Origin: Eledone cirrhosa
Taxonomy: Eukaryota
Reading direction: 5' to 3'
Assembly (NCBI GenBank): GCA_964016885.1
Contig: OZ024761.1
Coordinates: 20,336,001-20,400,000, forward strand
DNA: 64,000 nt
A program made the position numbers and the translations under genes. The first letter of the stretch is position 1, and the number at the start of each line of letters is the position of its first letter. This document shows positions 57,134 through 64,000 of the stretch, piece after piece. The notes below the pieces were generated by a model, which saw only the letters and a list, made by a program, of their open reading frames with translations, searched no databases and was not told the origin of the DNA.

Positions 57134-59716
57134 GTAGGAGCCCCTGCATGGACACACTGGAGGAGGAAGACCGAGGTTAACATATGTTGATGTCCTAAGG
57201 AGAGACACTGGTCGCTTGGAGACACAGGACATGGCAGCAATAATGAGGGACAGAGACCGCTGGGGAGAACTCGTCCATGGATCTCGTGAATTTTACCTGT
57301 CCTAGATATATATATATATATACATATACATATTAAGAGTCTTAAAGTTTCAGACGCTAGTCCTTCATCAGAAGAAACAATGAGAAATTAAAGAAGATAG
57401 ATAGATAGATTGAAGTAATCAAGACAATTGTTGATGTTCTATTGATACTTACTTTCAAAATCTCCCCATCCAGCAGCCATACATCTTTTTCTATCAAAGT
57501 TTTCTCCTTCTTTGGCCATTGGTGCAAATTTGACGCATTTATTTTGTTGGACTGGTTTGTCCAGGGTCAACATGGCAATGTCTTTCTCTTTAAAGGTAAA
57601 ATATAAATGGAAAGTAATTATGTATATATATATCATCATCATCATCATTTTACGTCCGCTTTTCTCTGCTTGCAAGGGTGGGACGGGAACTGATTCTGGC
57701 TTGATTTCTACAGCTGGATGCCCTTCCTAACACCAACCTCATTTACAGTGAGTGCTGGGTGCTTTTTTGCCGTGGCACCTCCACGACCACTTTGCAGTGG
57801 AATGATAGGGACCCCAGTCCCTATCATCTCATTTTTACAGCTGAGTAAACTGGAGCAATGTGAAATAAAGTGTCTTGCTCAAGGAAACAACACATCACCT
57901 GGTCTGAGAATTGAACTCACAACCTTTCAATTGCAAGGCTCTAACAACTAAGCCATATATATATATATATAAAACGAAGGAGTTGTGGTAAGGAACCAGG
58001 TGGACCATAACGCACCAGAGTACTTGATACTTTGGGTAGTTGAGTGGGTAATAGGGAAAGAGTCAGGACCCCGACGGCTGAGCTCCGGCCGTTTCGACAG
58101 CTATTTCTGGACTAAATTAAATTGAATTTAATTTAGGTCAGAAATAGCTGTCAAAACAGCTTGAGCTCAGCCGTTGGGGTTCTGACTCTTTTCCTATGTA
58201 TATATATATATATAATCATCATCATCATCATCATCAAATATATATAGATGGATGTGTAATAGTAATGTGCGCGAAAGGCGAAGCATAAACAAACTAAGAG
58301 GGAAACTAAGCATAAGAGGTATCCAATGTTGTGTTCTGGAGAGGAGATTGCGTTGGTATGGACATGTGATGCGTATGAAGGACGACAGCTGTATAAAAAA
58401 GTGCAGGGTAATGAAAATTGATGGAAGCTGCGGAGTGGGTAGACCAAGAAAAACCTGGGCCGAGGTGATAAAAACTGACCTTGCCCACCTACACCTCTCT
58501 AACACAATGACACTGGATCGAGACCTTTGGCACCATGCAGTCGTACAGAAGACCCGACTACCATTGCACACAAACCTACAGGCAGTAGGCACCTCTTCAC
58601 TCAATGTACACCCCACCCCACACACCCTACCCCCTCCTTCCTCTCCCGTTCCGTCCACTGTGTCGATGACACAACAGTCCACACTGTAAGGTGGCCGTGT
58701 AGGAGACACAGTGAAAAGGCTCCCAGTCCACACTGTAAATGTGGTTGGTGTTAGGAAGGACATCCAGCTGTAGAAAACCTGCCAGATAGTCCTATATGAG
58801 TGAGACACAGTCACCCGATCAACCTTGCCTCAAGTGGGGCAACGTCCGTCTAACCCATGCTAGCGTGGAAGATAGACGTTAAATGATGATGGTGATGATG
58901 ATGATGATATCAAATGAATATATATATAATAAAGATATAATAATTGTGATACTTACTAATAACTCGTGCACCATCTACATAGCCACTATGTTTCACAATA
59001 GTGCTTACCATTCTTGACTGTTGACCAAAATTCCATTTAAGGTTGGAACCAACATTTACAGAAACCTTTCTTACATTTCCTTCCCTAAAATAAAATACAA
59101 TATATTAGAGGTTAGCTGGGAGATGTTGAGAGGATATTAAAGTGGTTGTCTTCTGACAAGATGAGACAATCATTATATATATATATATATATATAGAGAG
59201 AGATGGTGGATTGGCAGTATCGGTAGAGGGTCGGACACCATGCTTTCCAGCACAGTTACGTCCCTTTACGATCTGAGTTCAAATCCCGCCGAGGTTGACT
59301 TTGCCTTTATCCTTACGGGGTCGATAAAATAAAGTGCCAGTAATGCACTGGGTAATTGCTGAACTTGTGCCTAAAGTAGAAACAATTATGTCTATATATA
59401 TACGGTTTTTTTTTTAAAGTCTATATATTATATATACATATATCTTATATATATTATATATACATATATCTTATATATTGACAGTCGATTGACTTTCGTC
59501 AAATCAGACCGAGGAAACAATACTTCCATCGGTCTTTCCAATTGCTAATACTATCTATCGGTCACAACTACAGGTAGAAGGAGAAACATGAAATAAAGTG
59601 TCTTGCTCAAGGACACAACGTATCGCCCGGACCAGGAATCAAACTCACAATCTCACGATTGCGAATCCAATTCTCTAACAACTCAGCCACACGCCTTCAC
59701 ATGTGTATATGTATGT

Positions 59717-59780
<64 letters not shown>

Positions 59781-59819
59781 TATATATATCATCATCATCA
59801 TCATCATCTATATATATCA

Positions 59820-59850
<31 letters not shown>

Positions 59851-60641
59851 TATATATTTATCTATATATATTTATATATATATATTTATATAGAGAAAAA
59901 CCACAGACCCTCCATCTCAACTCACCTTTTGAAGAACTGCGAAACCGGTAAAGGAACCAAATAAATATATATATATTTTTTTTAAATAAGACTCCAGTTG
60001 CATTTTCGATTTCATCTCTTTTTCTTTATACTTTCACTCGTGTAGGACACCTCGGTTATTTTTCATTTTGTAAAAAAAACCTCACTTTCTAATATATATA
60101 TTTATATATAATCATCATCATCATATATATATATTTATATATATATTTATATATATTTATATATATATATGTATATTTATATATATATAATCATCATCAT
60201 TTCATTTTACGTCCGCTTTTCCCTGCTTGCAAGGGTGGGACGGGAACTGATTCTGGCTTGATTTCTGCAGCTGGATGCCCTTCCTAACACCAACCTCATT
60301 TACAGTGAGTGCTGGGTGCTTTTTTTTTTGCAGTGGAATGATATGGACCCCAGTCCCTATCATCTCATTTCTACAGCTGAGTAAACTGGAGCAATGTGAA
60401 AATAAAGTGTCTTGCTCAAGGAAACAACACATCACCCGGTCTGAGAATTGAACTCACAACCTTTCGATTGCAAGGCCAATGCTCTAACCACTAAGCCATG
60501 TGCCTCCACTATATATATATTTATATATATATATTTATATATATAGCCAGAATCAGTTCCCGTCCCACCCTTGCAAGCAGGGAAAATGATGATGATGATG
60601 ATATATATATTTATATATATATATTTATATATATATATATT

Positions 60642-60672
<31 letters not shown>

Positions 60673-60737
60673 ATTTATATATGTATATATATTTATATAT
60701 GTATATATATTTATATATGTATATATGTATATATATT

Positions 60738-60768
<31 letters not shown>

Positions 60769-61352
60769 GTATATATATTTATATATGTATATATATTTAT
60801 ATATGTATATATATTTATATATGTATATATATTTATATATGTATATATATTTATATATATATATTTATATATATATTTATATATGTTTATATATATTTAT
60901 ATATGTATATATATTTATATATATATATTTATATATGTTTATATATATTTATATATGTATATATATTTATATATGTATATATATTTATATATGTATATAT
61001 ATATTTATATATGTATATATATTTATATATTTATATATGTATATATATTTATATATTTATATATGTATATATATATTTATATATGTATATATATTTATAT
61101 ATTTATATATGTATATATATTTATATATTTATATATGTATATATATTTATATTGGGCCTTTTAATATTATTATTATTATCATTATCAATTATATTATATT
61201 GTATTATATTATATTATATATCGTACTGTAATTCTCGCTTTATATCACCACTTGTGTTTAGTTTTAGTTTTTGCATTGGACTATATTTGTAATATGGGTT
61301 CAAAATGTTATTCACTTCCTTAGAAATGTTTACTTGATAATTTTCCTATGCT

Positions 61353-61389
<37 letters not shown>

Positions 61390-61712
61390 AATTATTGTGT
61401 AAAGTGCTCAGGTGCACTACAACTCGTCAATATAGTACATAGAATATGTATGTATACTCCATATTCTTCTGAGTTTTTGGCTTGTATTGGCCGATAGTGC
61501 TTCTTATAGCTTTACTTGCCCTGATGAGTCCTTAATAGGACGAAACATTGTTGGCTAATAAAGACTTTTGATGTATTGAAGGCTTCTTTGGTTTATTTTC
61601 ATAATTCTTCGGCTCTGTTTAATTACATTGAGCTATACCTTTACTGTCATTTCTATAATACGAAGAGGGTGTTTAACTCCAACACACTCTAGTATTTTAA
61701 TTCTTATATATT

Positions 61713-61743
<31 letters not shown>

Positions 61744-61756
61744 GTATATATATATG

Positions 61757-61788
<32 letters not shown>

Positions 61789-63149
61789 TATATACACATG
61801 TATGTAAAAGGTAAACAGAAATAACAACACAATTGGTACAGTATATAAAAGGAATATATTAGTTTTAAATACCAGGAAGAGGGTCTTAACGTTTCAGATG
61901 TTAGTCTTTCATCAGAAGAAAGAATGAGATTTTAGAAAGATTGGAGGAACGGGCAGGGCGAAATCGGTGTTTAAGTATGTATGTATATGCATGTCTGTCT
62001 ATAAGTATTTATGTATATATGTATATATGATTTTCTGGTTTTATAATTTTATAAATTTTTACCGATAGAGAGAGAGCTGTTTTGAAACTAGACACAAAAC
62101 TGTTTTATTGGAGTTTAAACAATATCAACTAGGTAGATATGTATGTATGTCTGCATGTGTATGTGTGTGTGCAGGTATGGATGTTAATGTATGTGTGGAT
62201 GTGTATGTTTTGAGTTATATGTGTGCATGTGCATATGCTTTACATCTGTATATATATATGTACATGCAGTTATTAGATGCAGAATTTTTGGTATGTATGT
62301 ATGTGTATATATGTATGTATGTATGTGTATATATGTATGTATGTATATATATGTATGTATATGTGTATGTATGTATATATATGTATGTATATGTGTATGT
62401 ATGTATATATATGTATGTATATGTGTATGTATGTATATATATGTATGTATATGTGTATGTATGCATATATATATACGTATGTATGTATATATGTAGGTAT
62501 GTATATGTATGTATGTATATATGTAGGTATGTATATATACATATGTATATATGTAAGTATATATATGTATTGACTTGTTCTTCTTTTTGGTAAATATCAT
62601 CTTGGTTAAGAGAGTGGGACTGGCTTTGTGCAGTGCCTTTGCTCACTATAAAAGCTTCACGGCACAGGCATTGCTTTATATCTGGAGATCTCTCTGCACT
62701 TGTCATCACATGGTACCATGGGCCCAGCACTATGTGTCAGTAATTATCACAAGTGTAGTGTTTGTACCAGAGTTTTCAAGTCGCTGGCTGGACTAAAAAG
62801 TCACACTCGTTCAGCACATCGGTAGGGGTTCTCCTACATGGATATAAAGTAGTGGCCGTTCTCGAAAACGAGTTGGCAGCCACCATATATATGTATGTAT
62901 ATATGTATGCTGTTCTAATGATTCTGCCAACTGATCACCAAATGAAATATTAAGATGTGATATCAGTTACATATATATGATATACTTACAGACAATGAGC
63001 TGCTGTCAATACATGTGTAGCATCAATCAAAGTACCTCCACACATACTGATCATGTCATCGGTTGGTTGGTTATAAACTTGGAGATGGACAATGGAAGGA
63101 TATTCACAGGTTTGAGCTGGGGCTCCTTCTACAATATGAGTATCAGGTT
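53842..63149 (-). CDS. S1 serine protease copy E (exons 2-6; exon 1 not seen, presumably beyond the window)
   Basis: Exons 63149-62990, 59084-58957, 57587-57453, 54585-54440 and 53991-53842, with the same sizes and phases as A-D. PDTH|IVEG, TAAHC, KDIA, GTCQGDSGGP. Confidence 0.9.
54060..54420 (+). mobile_element. Two tandem SINE family 1 copies in intron 5 of E
   Basis: Copies 54060-54241 and 54257-54420 match 4870 and 59203. Confidence 0.82.
54648..55350 (+). mobile_element. Penelope-like 3' remnant with an inverted 5' copy and a hammerhead variant
   Basis: Palindrome 54648-54855 whose arm encodes [21 protein letters not shown] (GIY-YIG C-terminus-like). TCCCT-CCGAAGA-aGAGAT att ATCTC-GAAA-ATT-AAGGA at 55212-55249. 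Confidence 0.65.
56560..56903 (-). mobile_element. tRNA-derived SINE family 2 with an RTE-type tail (young)
   Basis: A-box TGGCTTAGTGG, B-box GAGTTCAATTC, tail ..AGGGCATCCAGCTGTAGAAA..GGACGTAAAATGA(TGA)n. Near-identical copies at 57632-57956 and 60191-60508. Confidence 0.85.
57135..57303 (+). mobile_element. RTE-like LINE 3' fragment
   Basis: Translates to [32 protein letters not shown]. Confidence 0.6.
57340..57375 (-). ncRNA. Minimal hammerhead motif (stem III mutated)
   Basis: TCTT-CTGATGA-aGGAC tagc GTCT-GAAACTTT-AAGA; paralog at 61884. Confidence 0.6.
57972..58197 (-). repeat. Palindromic half-hammerhead family, copy 2
   Basis: Palindrome 58051-58197 plus the same tail as the 22903 copy. 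Confidence 0.82.
58245..58910 (+). mobile_element. RTE-clade LINE 3' end
   Basis: [30 protein letters not shown]. The 3'UTR shares its tail and (GAT)n with SINE family 2. Confidence 0.85.
59203..59389 (+). mobile_element. SINE family 1
   Basis: Matches the 4870 copy. Confidence 0.82.
61510..61563 (+). ncRNA. Type I hammerhead ribozyme motif with canonical core
   Basis: ..GCC-CTGATGA-GTCC ttaata GGAC-GAAA-C ATT G-TT-GGC.., with an extended imperfect stem I. Confidence 0.8.
61884..61919 (-). ncRNA. Minimal hammerhead motif (palindromic AACGUU)
   Basis: TCTT-CTGATGA-aAGA..TCT-GAAACGTT-AAGA. Confidence 0.68.
62600..62900 (+). mobile_element. Degenerate LINE 3' end with a C2H2 finger
   Basis: [25 protein letters not shown] at about 62745-62825, resembling the C-terminal fingers of some RTE-type ORFs. 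Confidence 0.4.
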
Positions 63150-63484
63150 CTGAAAGAAATTGTATAGTGAATAGTTACTTCCATAATTATAAGCTTTCTG
63201 ATGAAGTGTGATAAATAATTAAGTATTACATATGATTGAACAATATGTATTGTAGTCAGCATATGTAGACTATTATAATAGACACAGAAACATATGTTAA
63301 ACCAAATAAATTGCTGATCTCATTTCTCGTTGACATTTATATTTTTCTTGTGGAAGTGACTTTCCACAACGCAGTAGAATTCAGCATTTATTCCTGATAT
63401 CATCATCATCATCATCACCATCATTTTATGTCCGCTTTTCCCTGCTTGCAAGAGTGGGACATATACAAAAACCTTATCTACCCT

Positions 63485-63581
<97 letters not shown>

Positions 63582-63583
<2 letters not shown>

Positions 63584-63863
63584 GGAAAAAATGAAATTGT
63601 AATTTCATTTCTCACTCTCAGTACGGCTGATACTTAAATATAAGTATGTATACGTACGTACATATATGTATTTACAAACAAACCGAACATTATAATAAAT
63701 GTTCGGTAAACCCATACGTACATATATATATGTGTACATGTATGTATATATATACATACGACTGTACGTCTGTATACATATATGTATGTACGTATACATA
63801 CTTATATTTAAGTATCAGCCGTACTAAGAGTGAGAAATGAAATTTCAATTTCATTTTTTCCAT
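63582..63863. mobile_element. Fold-back/MITE-like element with ~90-bp inverted arms
   Basis: ATGGAAAAAATGAAATTG..CATATATGTAT versus its reverse complement ending TTTTTTCCAT; internal hairpin ACCGAACATT/AATGTTCGGT. Confidence 0.7.
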
Positions 63864-64000
63864 TTATCGTTTTCTGTGCACCCGGCCGACTAACTCACTC
63901 GATATGCAAATTAGGCTACTCAGCCGTTAATATGCATAAGGAAAGTATATACTTTCAAACGTTCAATCGACTGACAGGACGGTATACAGTGCTGATGACA

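Overview
AT-rich, microsatellite-saturated eukaryotic DNA, most likely a cephalopod (octopus-like; inferred from the SINE families, repeat load and gene family). Almost all ORF-track entries are spurious translations of (TA)n, (CA)n and (GAA)n tracts. Real content: (1) an intact two-ORF Tx1/L1-clade LINE at 16.5-22.2 kb, directly behind two truncated 3' ends of the same family in a (TATC)n/(TA)n tract. (2) A cluster of five 6-exon secreted S1 (chymotrypsin-fold) serine protease genes at 30.4-63.1 kb, reconstructed by hand. Four form two head-to-head palindromes (A/B and C/D), C has lost its His57 exon, E runs off the window end, and the S1 pockets and activation sites are diversified. (3) Roughly 15-19 dispersed minimal type I hammerhead-ribozyme motifs, several attached to Penelope-like GIY-YIG remnants and many inside fold-back inverted repeats; one repeat family keeps only the substrate half of a hammerhead. 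(4) SINEs, RTE remnants, piggyBac/hAT/pogo-like MITEs, minisatellites and probable excision footprints. All coordinates and alignments were done by eye.
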